Virus record (IMG/VR): IMGVR_UViG_2595698222_000001
Location: 12,031 to 76,030 of that record
Length of the DNA stretch: 64,000 nt
Source: a virus
Lineage: Duplodnaviria; Caudoviricetes
Reading direction: 5' to 3' (one strand)
Shown here: positions 20,586 through 30,326 of the stretch, one piece after another
Position numbering within the stretch: the stretch's first letter is position 1
Layout: every line of letters starts with the position of its first letter
Program-made: the position numbers and the translations under genes
The notes under the pieces: generated by a model
Databases searched by the model: none
Told to the model about the DNA's origin: nothing
Seen by the model: only the letters and a program-made list of their open reading frames with translations

Positions 20586-20792
20586 TTAGATAATCGCAAT
20601 TCGCCTGTCTCCGTTGTCAAGTACTTTCTGAAGCTTGTCAGACGTGCTGGTTAAGTTCTCCGCTTTGAGATTTAAGAGCTCCTTTTCAAAGGCGCTTGCT
20701 TCAGGTGACGCTGCAGCATTTGCATTGATTGCCGCATTTCTATCAAGCTCTCCAATGATCCATGCAATTTCCGTTGTAGTTAATTTAATCAT
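20586..20792 (-). CDS. phage hypothetical protein
   Basis: MIKLTTTE... start after GGAGG RBS. Confidence 0.65.
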   Translation of the reverse strand: MIKLTTTEIAWIIGELDRNAAINANAAASPEASAFEKELLNLKAENLTSTSDKLQKVLDNGDRRIAII

Positions 20793-20818
20793 TTTGTTAC
20801 CTCCATTTTGGCAATTTT

Positions 20819-20878
20819 CCTCCACTCTGCATTTACCAGGGCTTGTGACCTGCGGAACTTGTCCGGCTGCATTAGAGG
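20819..20878 (-). ncRNA. twister self-cleaving ribozyme (type P1)
   Basis: CCUC-UAA-UGCA-GC-[CGGA/UCCG]-CAGG-UCACAAGC-CCUG-GUAAA-UGCA-GAGUG-GAGG fits twister stems and both pseudoknots. Confidence 0.8.
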
Positions 20879-21085
20879 GGCGGCGGTGGCCGCCTAATAA
20901 GCGAATTTAGAATTAAAGATGATTGACATGTAATGAGATTTTGAAACTCTTACCAGACGAAAGTTCAGGCAACCCACTTGCTGACCTATATAGTAGTGAT
21001 TGCATTTTGAGATTTTGCAGATCCAGATTTTATTTTGATTCCAGTTGTCTACCCTGTGTTCTGTTTTCATGTGGAGCTCCTTTCC

Positions 21086-21421
21086 TTAAGCGAATATGAA
21101 ATTGTAAATCTGACATTTCATGGTAGCTGGCATTAAAAAGGCGTAACTGGTGTGAACTCTCCATCGACAAACTGCACGAGTAGCAATGTAGAGTCGTTTC
21201 CGTTGCTCACTATCAAGTTGTAAGACCTCCATAATCGCCTGAACTGCGCTTTGTGCTCTATCGTGTGACTGATTGGCATATGACAGGTGCTCCTTGCGTA
21301 TTTTCAAACCATCAAAATTTCCGTTGTAAAGTGTCTTCCCAGAATAGCAATAATCGTTGTAACTGCTGTTTTCTTCCTCGACTAAATCAATCAGTCTTTC
21401 AATGTCAATATTCATTTTCAT
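21086..21421 (-). CDS. phage hypothetical protein
   Basis: 111-aa ORF with RBS. Confidence 0.65.
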   Translation of the reverse strand: MKMNIDIERLIDLVEEENSSYNDYCYSGKTLYNGNFDGLKIRKEHLSYANQSHDRAQSAVQAIMEVLQLDSEQRKRLYIATRAVCRWRVHTSYAFLMPATMKCQIYNFIFA

Positions 21422-21461
21422 AATTTCTACCGCCTTTATATTTGTTTTGTAATTGTTTTAT

Positions 21462-21743
21462 TTATTTCCATTTGATACCATTGCTTGAATATTCCAATGT
21501 GTGCAATTCTCCACTTACGAGAAAAGTGATTTCGGAGAGATTTCTATCTATCTTGTAAATGCCGCCTGTTTTCGTTCTGTCGCACCAATTGCAGTATGGA
21601 ATGCCATTGACTAATACTTTGTTAATTCTCTGTGTTTCTTCCATATCTAAGATATTTATAAGTTCCTGAATGTCAGTTAACTTTACATTCTCCTTCAGTT
21701 CAATAAATGTTGTAACTCTCTCGTGACCTTTGATTTTTTTCAT
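21462..21743 (-). CDS. phage hypothetical protein, first gene of leftward operon
   Basis: AAGGAGG RBS; TTGACT-17-TATTAT promoter upstream. Confidence 0.65.
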   Translation of the reverse strand: MKKIKGHERVTTFIELKENVKLTDIQELINILDMEETQRINKVLVNGIPYCNWCDRTKTGGIYKIDRNLSEITFLVSGELHTLEYSSNGIKWK

Positions 21744-21774
21744 GTTGTTCGTTCCTCCTTATGTGTCAATAATA

Positions 21775-21821
21775 TCACTAAAAATAGTGAAAGTCAATAC
21801 ATAAATCACTAATAATAGAGA
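21775..21821. promoter_or_regulatory. operator palindromes in divergent promoter region
   Basis: TCACTA-AAAA-TAGTGA (21775-21790) and TCACTA-ATAA-TAGAGA (21806-21821); third copy at 22150-22165. Confidence 0.65.
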
Positions 21822-21882
21822 ATTATTTTTTGTTGACATTCTACCTAGATTTGATATAGTGTAAATAGAATACTATATTGAG

Positions 21883-22140
21883 GTGATGCCAATGCTGGAA
21901 TATAAGATAGATGTAATTCAAAAACTGAAAGAAGTCGGTATTAATACCACAAAAGCTAAAGAAAGTGGTGTTTTTGGTCAGGCCACAATGAAGAAATTTA
22001 AAGATAAAGATACAAGTATCTCACTCGACAACCTTAATCGTCTTTGTTGCATTCTGGAAATGCAACCAAGAGACATTATAAAATACGTAGAAACGGAAGA
22101 AGATAAAGAAAAAATAATCTCTAAAATCAGGGATAAATAA
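21883..22140 (+). CDS. Xre/Cro-like HTH regulator
   Basis: ISLDNLNRLCCILEMQPRDIIKY HTH signature. Confidence 0.8.
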   Translation: MMPMLEYKIDVIQKLKEVGINTTKAKESGVFGQATMKKFKDKDTSISLDNLNRLCCILEMQPRDIIKYVETEEDKEKIISKIRDK

Positions 22141-22199
22141 GTTGACTATTCACTAATATATGTGATAAAATAAGGTATCGAACGAAAGGAGATACCGGA

Positions 22200-22439
22200 A
22201 TGCAGATAGAGTACAGTAGGCCGGCCGTAAAGTACATTAATTCACAAGATAAGCCGACAAAGAAACGATTAAAAGAAGCTATTGAAAAAATACCCCAGGG
22301 CGATATAAAGAAACTCAAAGGATTAGAAAATGAATATCGCTTAAGGGTTGGTGATTTAAGGGTTTTGTTTACCATTGAAGGAAACATGATAATTATCTAT
22401 GATATCTTACCCAGAGGGCAGGCATATAAGAGAATATAG
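22200..22439 (+). CDS. RelE/ParE-family toxin
   Basis: KKLKG..YRLRVGDLRVLF...PRGQAYK. Confidence 0.85.
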   Translation: MQIEYSRPAVKYINSQDKPTKKRLKEAIEKIPQGDIKKLKGLENEYRLRVGDLRVLFTIEGNMIIIYDILPRGQAYKRI

Positions 22440-22450
22440 GAGGTGCCAGA

Positions 22451-22642
22451 ATGAGCAGAGAAGCATTAAAGAATCTCATTGAATTAGTACCGGAACAGGA
22501 TATAGAAACCCTTTTCCGTGTGATTGTAAAATTTGTTCCTGGGGATATAGCAGATCAGGACGAGATAGAAGCAATAGTTGCGGCGAAAAGAGATATTGAA
22601 GAAAATGGGACAGTTTCACATAAAGACATTAACTGGGATTGA
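22451..22642 (+). CDS. putative antitoxin (toxin-first order)
   Basis: small acidic ORF directly after toxin, followed by terminator. Confidence 0.7.
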   Translation: MSREALKNLIELVPEQDIETLFRVIVKFVPGDIADQDEIEAIVAAKRDIEENGTVSHKDINWD

Positions 22643-23381
22643 TTTAAGGGCCGGCGGTTGCTGGCTCTTTTTTGTGTTCCATGTACGGAGATAAAGAAAA
22701 GCCCTGCATTATCTGCAGGGCTGGACCTCTCCGGCAACCGATTGGGGCAGCCTGCCGGTGGCTGTTATAATACAAATAGCACAAAGAAAAATTCCTGTCA
22801 AGGGTTGATTTCAAAATTCTTTTGTGCTAATCTGAAAAAGCCGAGGGGGCTCTACAAGAAATACTCAAGGGCATATCTTCCGGACATTGAGAATTTATCA
22901 TGATGATTTTATCAGGCAGGCCAAAGAGTTGAAAACACTTTGAAGCCTGCTTTTTGTATGCGAAAATCCGTATATTTTGGCCCAATATATTATAAAATAC
23001 ATATAGACATAAATGTTTATTTATTATATACTCTTAGGCTTTCTGTATCCCCTGAGGTATGTAACTGTATGGGATATATATAGATAAAATAAAGGTTATT
23101 GACAGATATTTTATATTGTGGTATTATCTGGAAAACGATATAAATAAAGCGTGCATGTGCTAGCCTGGTTGGCCTTGACCATATGCAATGTCCCCGTAAT
23201 AGGCGGGAAAGAACCAATGACTTTGAGTCCTTGTGTTGTACGGTATTCACTCCGTATGGCGCGAGGACTTTTTTATTTGGTCCATAAATCGATTTAAAAA
23301 GTGCAGGCAAGAAAACCTCCACGGAACATAGCGGAAACGCTTTAAAGGGTATTAACGAACGTAAAAACGGCATTTAATTCC

Positions 23382-23594
23382 ATGGGTTATAGAACAAATA
23401 TAACTTTGTTAAAGAAATTAGGATTGCGAAGTGATCAGATGCAGGGAATTAGTGATAAATGCAACCGGGATAGTTGCAGGCTCTGTAAGGATGAAAAATG
23501 TACGGATCAGGAGCAGCGGAACGAATGTCTAGATCTGTTGAGCCAAATCATACCAAGTCCAGGTGATCTGGTAGCATTTGCCCTGTCAGATTAG
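23382..23594 (+). CDS. Cys-rich hypothetical protein
   Basis: 70-aa ORF before terS. Confidence 0.4.
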   Translation: MGYRTNITLLKKLGLRSDQMQGISDKCNRDSCRLCKDEKCTDQEQRNECLDLLSQIIPSPGDLVAFALSD

Positions 23595-23732
23595 GATTCC
23601 AAAGTTATGTTATATTAGCTTCTGGGGCTTCAAGAGTATTTACCCAGGCATTAAATATATAAAGCTCTTATATGTGTCTGTATGATGATTATATGATACC
23701 TGTATAAGAGACAGAAAGGAGATATGTAAGTT

Positions 23733-24359
23733 ATGGCTAAGACAGATGATTATACAGTAGATGGCTTTGATATAGAGCTTAATACAGATGATAGAGATAC
23801 AGATGATAGAGATTATATTAATAATATTACAGCTATCATTATGGAGATATCTAATGAGTTTATAAAGAGACATAGTAATATTAATCTATGTTCTTCTCAG
23901 GGATTATCTGAGTTATTAAAAGATATAGGACGTAAGTATAAAGCAGATATTAATAATATAAAAGAATTAGATATACTATGGGATATCTATACAGTTATCT
24001 GTTGTACTTGCAGGATTAAGCCTACATTACTTAGATTCGGTATGATGATAAGTGTAAACAAAGATACGTTTAATAGCTGGTTAAAAGGGGAATATGATGG
24101 TCGGGTCGCTTCTGGTCACTCCGTAACGGCACAAAAATGGAAATCAGAATGCGAATCAAGCTTGTATGATGAGGTAATCCAGACCGGCAACATCGGCTGC
24201 ATGTTCGCCCTAAAAGCCAACTATGGGTACCGTGATAACGTCCAGATCATAGCTTACGATGACAAGGCAGGGAAGCCTGAATATAGCCGGGCAGAGATAG
24301 AAGAGCGTGCCAAGACGGTGAACCTGCTGCCTGAATCAACTGACGAACTACCAGATTAA
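23733..24359 (+). CDS. terminase small subunit (putative)
   Basis: HTH-like PTL..FG...TFNSW and MFALKANYGYRD C-terminus typical of TerS. Confidence 0.7.
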   Translation: MAKTDDYTVDGFDIELNTDDRDTDDRDYINNITAIIMEISNEFIKRHSNINLCSSQGLSELLKDIGRKYKADINNIKELDILWDIYTVICCTCRIKPTLLRFGMMISVNKDTFNSWLKGEYDGRVASGHSVTAQKWKSECESSLYDEVIQTGNIGCMFALKANYGYRDNVQIIAYDDKAGKPEYSRAEIEERAKTVNLLPESTDELPD

Positions 24360-24807
24360 CACTTCAAATATTCTGACAACATCTAAAACCTTCCACACAA
24401 AAGATAAAATTCAATAGCATCCATGCAATGTGCACAGTGTTTCTAGGCGATTTTGTGCAGTATTCATGCCCAACAATACGTTAAACAGTTATTTAACGAA
24501 TAGTTGAAAGGGCAATAGCAAAGAAAAAGACCTAACTTGTGCAATGTGCTTTAAAACATGAAAATAATTTGTGCAATAATACAAGTGATATGGACAAGCA
24601 GAGATTTGCAAGAGATAAGAGGGGCCGGAGGGGGTCTATGGAGAAGCAGTTTAGGGGCCAGTTAGCCGTCCAAGTTCCGATAAAAAACAAAAAGGCTTTC
24701 ACCCACTTAAAGCAAAGTGTTTCGGAGATTTGAGAAAAGGAAATATATTCGCCTGATTCTCAAAAATTTTAAAAAATATAAAAAGGCTTTTCCAGGAGGA
24801 TATATAA

Positions 24808-25257
24808 ATGTTCAATTGTAAATTACTGTTTGCCAAAAGATATAGAGGAACTTTCATGTTTGCCTTTGTAAATTTCAAGACCCAGGAATGCTATGAATGG
24901 TTTTTTCAATTCTCGTTAAAGGATCCATGGTGGATTCCTAAATATGATTCGTATTACCTGAATGATGGTAAGTGGCCGTTAGCCGGCTGGTTGTTTTTCT
25001 ATTTTGGCAGACACACTAGAGGGGCAGTAATCCCATGTGAGCAAAGTGAAATCAGTGAGGGCAAAAAGCCATTGGTTGATAAAGCCGGGAATCTGTATGT
25101 GATTTATAACCTGCCTGAAGAAGAACTGGCCAGGAAATTCCGGCGGACAATTCTCCGATATAACTGTGAAGTTGGGATTGAGAAAGATGGCGATAACGTG
25201 ACAATAATTAATACAGTCCGGTCCAAAAGATGGATTTCAATTTTTCTCAAAAAATAA
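24808..25257 (+). CDS. phage hypothetical protein
   Basis: AGGAGG RBS, 149 aa. Confidence 0.65.
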   Translation: MFNCKLLFAKRYRGTFMFAFVNFKTQECYEWFFQFSLKDPWWIPKYDSYYLNDGKWPLAGWLFFYFGRHTRGAVIPCEQSEISEGKKPLVDKAGNLYVIYNLPEEELARKFRRTILRYNCEVGIEKDGDNVTIINTVRSKRWISIFLKK

Positions 25258-25273
25258 AAAGGCGTTATTTGCT

Positions 25274-25468
25274 GTGAAGAAAAAGTTATATATGGCGGTT
25301 GAAACAGATAAATATGAGTTGCCGCTTTATGTGGCTGATACATCAAGGGAACTGGCCGACTGGTCCGGCTTCAGCATTAACTACGTGCTAAGTGCTATAT
25401 CGCATGATTATGCTGGAAAGAAATCCGGAATGAAGTTTCTGCGGATTGAATTTGATCAGGAAGAATGA
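25274..25468 (+). CDS. phage hypothetical protein
   Basis: YMAVETDKYELP small phage protein pattern. Confidence 0.65.
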   Translation: MKKKLYMAVETDKYELPLYVADTSRELADWSGFSINYVLSAISHDYAGKKSGMKFLRIEFDQEE

Positions 25469-25479
25469 TGCTTGGCTTT

Positions 25480-25777
25480 AAATAGCAATTTAACAAAGTA
25501 TAACTTAGGGTATCACGCACGCAAAGTAATTGATGTTAGCACAATATTAAATAATGTTGCTGATTTAATGGAGGCTGGTTATTATGGTGGCGATCTGGTG
25601 TTACAAGGGTATGCGCCTCCTGACACCTACAATAGTAATTCCTGGGGACTTATACGGTGGGTAGCTGGATCTTCTGGTATAGCTTATTTGCAATTTGTAC
25701 AAGATCGCAGTGCTGCCATTATTACCAGGTCTATTAGTAGGACGGGTAATACGGATACAGGCTGGATATTACATTAA
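25480..25777 (+). other. silent tail-fibre tip cassette 1a (98 aa)
   Basis: starts at AAATAGCAATTT (NSNL); GYY...W..W pattern of fibre knob domains; stop overlaps AAATGATCATTT. Confidence 0.8.
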
Positions 25778-25786
25778 AATGATCAT

Positions 25787-26090
25787 TTAATCCAGTAGCA
25801 CGAATCGAACATAGTAACCAGCATAAATTGCGGCACTTGATTTAATTACGTTAACCTGTAAGGTATTGCAGTCTATCCTCGTTATTCCGTCCATGGTCCG
25901 CAGATCTGACCATGTGCCAGTAGATAACTGTATTTGTGCGGCCAATAGGTATGTATTACCAGATGAACTTCCACTGATGTTAAATAGTTGGTTGGTAGAC
26001 GTATCATTAAATACCCCGGCGGCAGTGCGGATGCGACTTGTGTCAAATTTGTTGTTCAGATTATTACTTACTCCCGCTAAATTGCTATTT
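25787..26090 (-). other. silent tail-fibre tip cassette 1b (100 aa)
   Basis: manual translation NSNLAGVSNNLNNKFDTSRIR...YVRFVLLD*; no start codon. Confidence 0.8.
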
Positions 26091-26104
26091 AAGGAGATCC
26101 ATAA

Positions 26105-26530
26105 ATGAAAGATTATAAGATTTTTATAAACATAACAAAAGAGGTTTTAGATTCCGTGAAACCAGGTGATTTAGTAAAAGTCAACGATTGGAAAAAACCG
26201 TTGAAGGTAATTGCTGTCTCTGATAATTATTTTGTGATGGCAAGGAAATTGTTTGGAGAATGGGAGTATTCGGTTTGTGAAAAGAAACCTTGGGGTGGAA
26301 TAAGATATAACGCAATGATTGGCGGCAAATTTCATATTGGTACAGATGGTTGGGTATTTGGTTCTCCGACATGGATTGATTTTGATTGCGAGGGATATGA
26401 CTTTGATAATTTGGAAGCGTCCCAAGCTTACATAAACTCATTTGAGTTATCAGAGGATAACAGGGATCATTCTTTTATTTCTCCACGCAATGCCGTGCCG
26501 ATAGCCAGTATTTATATTAAGTCAAACTAA
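26105..26530 (+). CDS. phage hypothetical protein
   Basis: AAGGAG RBS directly abutting cassette site. Confidence 0.7.
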   Translation: MKDYKIFINITKEVLDSVKPGDLVKVNDWKKPLKVIAVSDNYFVMARKLFGEWEYSVCEKKPWGGIRYNAMIGGKFHIGTDGWVFGSPTWIDFDCEGYDFDNLEASQAYINSFELSEDNRDHSFISPRNAVPIASIYIKSN

Positions 26531-26636
26531 ACCACGGGTTCCGGCGTGCATGGGAAGCCGGATTAAATGCGGTCAATCAGGTGGTGGCATCTGGGCGTAA
26601 AGCAGCCCGTAACTGAATTTGTGGAGGTAAGTAGAA

Positions 26637-26966
26637 ATGAAAAATTCTAAGGTCATAGCAGCCGATGAAGAAATAATGAAAACTGCTTCAGATACTTTTT
26701 TCAGACAGTTAGTTGAGTGGATGAACAGTGAAAGTATTGAAAACACTGATAGTCTCCAAGATGCTGCTGAGATTGTCCGGAAAGAATTTCTACAGAAAGG
26801 TGACTGGTACAATGCTCTGGTAGATTCCATTGCCCAGTATTTGAGAACCATTCCAGCCAATAAAGGGTTATACAACGTTGCAGAGGAGCTTGCTGATCGT
26901 ATTATCGGAATAGAAAATTTGGAAGGAGATATCCATGGACAAGAAAGAATTGGCAAGGCTCATTGA
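26637..26966 (+). CDS. phage hypothetical protein
   Basis: GGAGG RBS, 109 aa. Confidence 0.65.
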   Translation: MKNSKVIAADEEIMKTASDTFFRQLVEWMNSESIENTDSLQDAAEIVRKEFLQKGDWYNALVDSIAQYLRTIPANKGLYNVAEELADRIIGIENLEGDIHGQERIGKAH

Positions 26967-27327
26967 TGGCCGGGAATATGGCTATGAACCATTCCGGGAC
27001 GTTCGGCAGGCAGCGAAAGAATCTGGTCTGGTTATCGTCAGTGGTGCGTCTGATGACTTGATGGAAATTGACGGCGCTATTTATGATGAGCAGGGTTGTT
27101 TTGAAGGTGGCGTGATATATTTTGACCGTCAAGGTGCATTTGGTAGTGATGGTTATGCTACAAATAAGATTGTAGCCCTCTGGTGCGATAGGTCCGCATT
27201 AGACGAAAACGGAAAAGTTATTACCTGGACGTATAAAACGGATATTCCCCATGAAACTTTTATGATTTATGAGGACGTGGCGCCTTACTGCCGGGGTATA
27301 GTATTTAATTTGGCAGATGTGAAATAG
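26935..27327 (+). CDS. conserved-looking phage protein
   Basis: GASDDLME...WTYKTDIPHETF.IYED..YCRGIVF. Confidence 0.7.
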   Translation: MDKKELARLIDGREYGYEPFRDVRQAAKESGLVIVSGASDDLMEIDGAIYDEQGCFEGGVIYFDRQGAFGSDGYATNKIVALWCDRSALDENGKVITWTYKTDIPHETFMIYEDVAPYCRGIVFNLADVK

Positions 27328-27508
27328 AGGTGAGGGATTTGGTATTTCTGAAATGGATTATTACGGTTTGGCATATATCTATGGCACTATTTATTTGCTC
27401 GACTTCTAGAGGGTTGACTTGGGAAAGGAATAAAGCTGCCGTTATTGGGTTTAGTATTATGGCTATTATGTATGTTCTGGCATTGGTGCCGATTTGGAGG
27501 TGATAGAT

Positions 27509-27814
27509 ATGATGTGTTTCACAGAGCAGCAGAAACAGGAAATTGTACATACAGGAATGCTTGTTGTTGAGTTCAAGAGGTCAGTTGTTAAGGCCAGCGA
27601 AGCCGTGAAAGAGGTATTTGAGTTTGTGAAGGATGTATTGCTGCAGCTGGCAGATAGAACCACTAAAAGGCTACAGGTAATTCATCGGGGATATCAGAAA
27701 TTACCTCTAAAAGAAAAATATAAAGCGGTCCGCAGGCTAGACAAGTGCGGATTCACTGAAAAAGAAATTAACCTGATGGTAGGGGGAACATACCACTGCC
27801 GGAATAATTGTTAG
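27509..27814 (+). CDS. phage hypothetical protein
   Basis: GGAGG RBS before ATG 27509. Confidence 0.6.
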   Translation: MMCFTEQQKQEIVHTGMLVVEFKRSVVKASEAVKEVFEFVKDVLLQLADRTTKRLQVIHRGYQKLPLKEKYKAVRRLDKCGFTEKEINLMVGGTYHCRNNC

Positions 27815-27828
27815 GGAGGAGTTAGAAG

Positions 27829-28083
27829 ATGAAAAACGTAATTGCTATTGTGGTAGCTGGTATTAGCTTTTTATTGTGATTCTACGTTGGTGGCTGGCTC
27901 CTGTTTATACAGCCGATTATATCTGCCGGTCATGCTTTTGACGCCGGTACATTAACTGCAACGATTATTGGCTTGACCATTATCAAGTGTATGCTTGCAG
28001 CTGCTGTGGGTTCAATTATCATTTGGCTTGGATGTACAATAGCTGGGTTCATTCAGCTGATTGGAGGGCGTAAGAGAAAGTGA
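27829..28083 (+). pseudogene. small membrane protein with premature stop
   Basis: MKNVIAIVVAGISFLL*FYVGGWLLFIQP...; in-frame TGA at 27877-27879; frame stays open to 28083. Confidence 0.6.
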
Positions 28084-28367
28084 TTTTTACATATTTCGGA
28101 ATTGTCCTGTTCTTTATCACTGAATGGGCGCAATTCAAAAAGGAACGGCCGACATCAGCTTTCAAGGGCCATGCGTTGTCCTTTGAGGCTGACAGGTCGA
28201 GGCACCCAGTATAGCTGGTGCTAAGCGAAAGATGTGTAACTATAAAATATCTTTGAAATTTTAAATCACTAAGTGCCAAACTTAAAAATTCTTTCGCAGG
28301 CCAATGGCAACGAAGCAATGATGGTAAGTTGCTGAAAAGTCCATCAGAGTGATCAAAATGTACTAAC

Positions 28368-28500
28368 TCCCCATAGCTGAATGCTTGTCAGGGGCCGTCA
28401 CTGGCCCGTGGGGATTTGCCCGGAAACGGGCATTGACGTTTTACTATCCTTTCACCTCATAGCTGTTTGCTGTTAAGGCGGAGCAAATCCGCCGTGAGGT
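28368..28500 (+). ncRNA. two 47-nt tRNA-minihelix-like structured repeats
   Basis: 28368-28414 and 28454-28500: 7-bp closing stem, AGCTG, stacked 5-bp hairpin. Confidence 0.45.
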
Positions 28501-28686
28501 TTTGGAACAGTAAGTCCATGCAGTATGCGTATTGATTCCCATTTTGGAGTGGTCGGTACGCAGCTGGCAGACGTGTCACCTGCAAGGCAGTTCCTAAGTG
28601 AAGTCAAGGCATTTTGCACATTGGAAATTGAATATTGCTGGTTGGTGAGTTATAATATATTCAACACGAATGATTAGGGGGTTTTT

Positions 28687-29694
28687 ATGGACAAGCGATA
28701 TCAGATATTTATAAGTTCAACATTTACTGATTTGAAAGATGAAAGAAAGGCGATTATTGAAGGACTTTTAAATGCAAAGTACATACCTTCAGGCATGGAG
28801 ATGTTTGCAGCTTCTAATGATGAACAATTTAAGTATATAAAGAAAATCATAGATACTTGTGATTATTACGTACTGATTGTAGGGGCAAGATATGGTTCGA
28901 TTAATCCTTCCACAGGTAAAAGTTTTACTGAGCAAGAATATGATTATGCTGTTGAAAAGGGCATTCCTGTATTAGCTTTTCTTCATGATGATCCATACAA
29001 TCTTCCAGCTGAAAAACGAGAAGATGAAAAACGAGAATTATTAGACAAATTTAGAGCTAAAGTATCTAGTGGTCGCTTATGTAAGATGTGGCATACATCG
29101 TCAGAACTGATATCGTCAGTAATTATTAGTCTGGGTGAGGAGGTTGCCGACAACCCGCAAATTGGGTGGACGAGAGGTAATGTTGAAGATAGTACTATAC
29201 TATTGTCTCAACTTAATACTCTTAGGCTGGAGAAAGAGAAAGTTGATAAATCGTTTAAAGAACTAAGAATAAAATATGATGAATTGACAAGAGATAGGGA
29301 AGATTTAGCTTCCGGAAGTGAACATTATGTTATTCTAGGAACAGAAACGATTTACGAATCAGGTGCATACGGAAACCGGAGGAGTAGATCAATATCAAGA
29401 AGTAAATCCTTGTCATGGGATGAAATATTTTCAGCTGTTGGGCCACACTTATTAGCTCCAAAGACCTTACATGGTTTTAAGTCTGATTTAATGTCATCTA
29501 TAAACGCTGCATATGATGCTGGGTTTTCGTTTTTGAATGATGACTGTGTTCAAACAATTAAGATACAGTTATATGCCCTGGGGCTTATTACTGTTTATCA
29601 AGCAAAGCAAACTAGTGGGAGCGTTGTAGAGGGCATTGTTATAACTGAAAAGGGAAAGAAATATTTGACGGAATTAAAAACAATAAAAAAGTAG
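28687..29694 (+). CDS. DUF4062 (TIR-like) domain protein, moron
   Basis: YQIFISSTFTDL..ER, GME.F, CDYYVLIVG.RYG, SFTE.EY. Confidence 0.85.
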   Translation: MDKRYQIFISSTFTDLKDERKAIIEGLLNAKYIPSGMEMFAASNDEQFKYIKKIIDTCDYYVLIVGARYGSINPSTGKSFTEQEYDYAVEKGIPVLAFLHDDPYNLPAEKREDEKRELLDKFRAKVSSGRLCKMWHTSSELISSVIISLGEEVADNPQIGWTRGNVEDSTILLSQLNTLRLEKEKVDKSFKELRIKYDELTRDREDLASGSEHYVILGTETIYESGAYGNRRSRSISRSKSLSWDEIFSAVGPHLLAPKTLHGFKSDLMSSINAAYDAGFSFLNDDCVQTIKIQLYALGLITVYQAKQTSGSVVEGIVITEKGKKYLTELKTIKK

Positions 29695-29755
29695 AAATTC
29701 ACCAACCATCAATATTCGGTGGTTGGTTTTTTATTGCGAAAATGAGGAGGTTGGA

Positions 29756-29965
29756 ATGAATATGGAAAAGAGTCAACCAGTTGTAATATATCGTTGCCGC
29801 CAGTGTGGAATTGAATTTGAAAGAGAAGGGATCCATACCGGAAATTGCAGAGTAAATGGTGTTGATGTTCCGGTTGGGCCAGTTAATGTATATCACTGTT
29901 GTGGTGATGGCATATTTGGCCTGGGCGATTTGATCGGAGGATATGAGGTGAAAAATGAGCATTAG
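29756..29965 (+). CDS. small Cys-containing protein
   Basis: CRQCG, HCCG; GAGG RBS. Confidence 0.5.
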   Translation: MNMEKSQPVVIYRCRQCGIEFEREGIHTGNCRVNGVDVPVGPVNVYHCCGDGIFGLGDLIGGYEVKNEH

Positions 29966-30197
29966 CAGAGTAATTGAATCAATAGAGCGTGATGCATTCA
30001 GCCGCTCCATGAATCTTCCGGAAAATGGATTTGACGGACAGGCGGATGTAAAAGTGTTCCCAGATGGTAGTCGTTGGGCAACGTGCCCATGGTGTGATAA
30101 GAAAGCGATAAAAATACTACCAGAAACTAAAATTCATATGATGCCATATAAATGTAAGAATAGTAAATGCGAAAAAGAGTTTATAATTAATCTCTAA
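29955..30197 (+). CDS. zinc-ribbon protein upstream of terL
   Basis: CPWC...CKNSKC. Confidence 0.65.
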   Translation: MSISRVIESIERDAFSRSMNLPENGFDGQADVKVFPDGSRWATCPWCDKKAIKILPETKIHMMPYKCKNSKCEKEFIINL

Positions 30198-30326
30198 TGA
30201 AATTATTGACAGAACGCATCTATTTATGATAGTCTGAAAGAAGAAAAAGTATAAAGTCTGATTTAAACCAGAGCCTAGTGAGCCTTCGGACCTTTGTTAA
30301 TAAACAGAGGAAGGAGGCTCTTTTTA

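Noticed and set aside
25866-26108. Plus-strand 80-aa ORF from the track
   Set aside because: Antisense shadow of cassette 1b; no RBS
27829-28083. Stop-codon reassignment suggested by the in-frame TGA
   Set aside because: Single case; many genes here end normally in TGA, so a nonsense mutation is simpler
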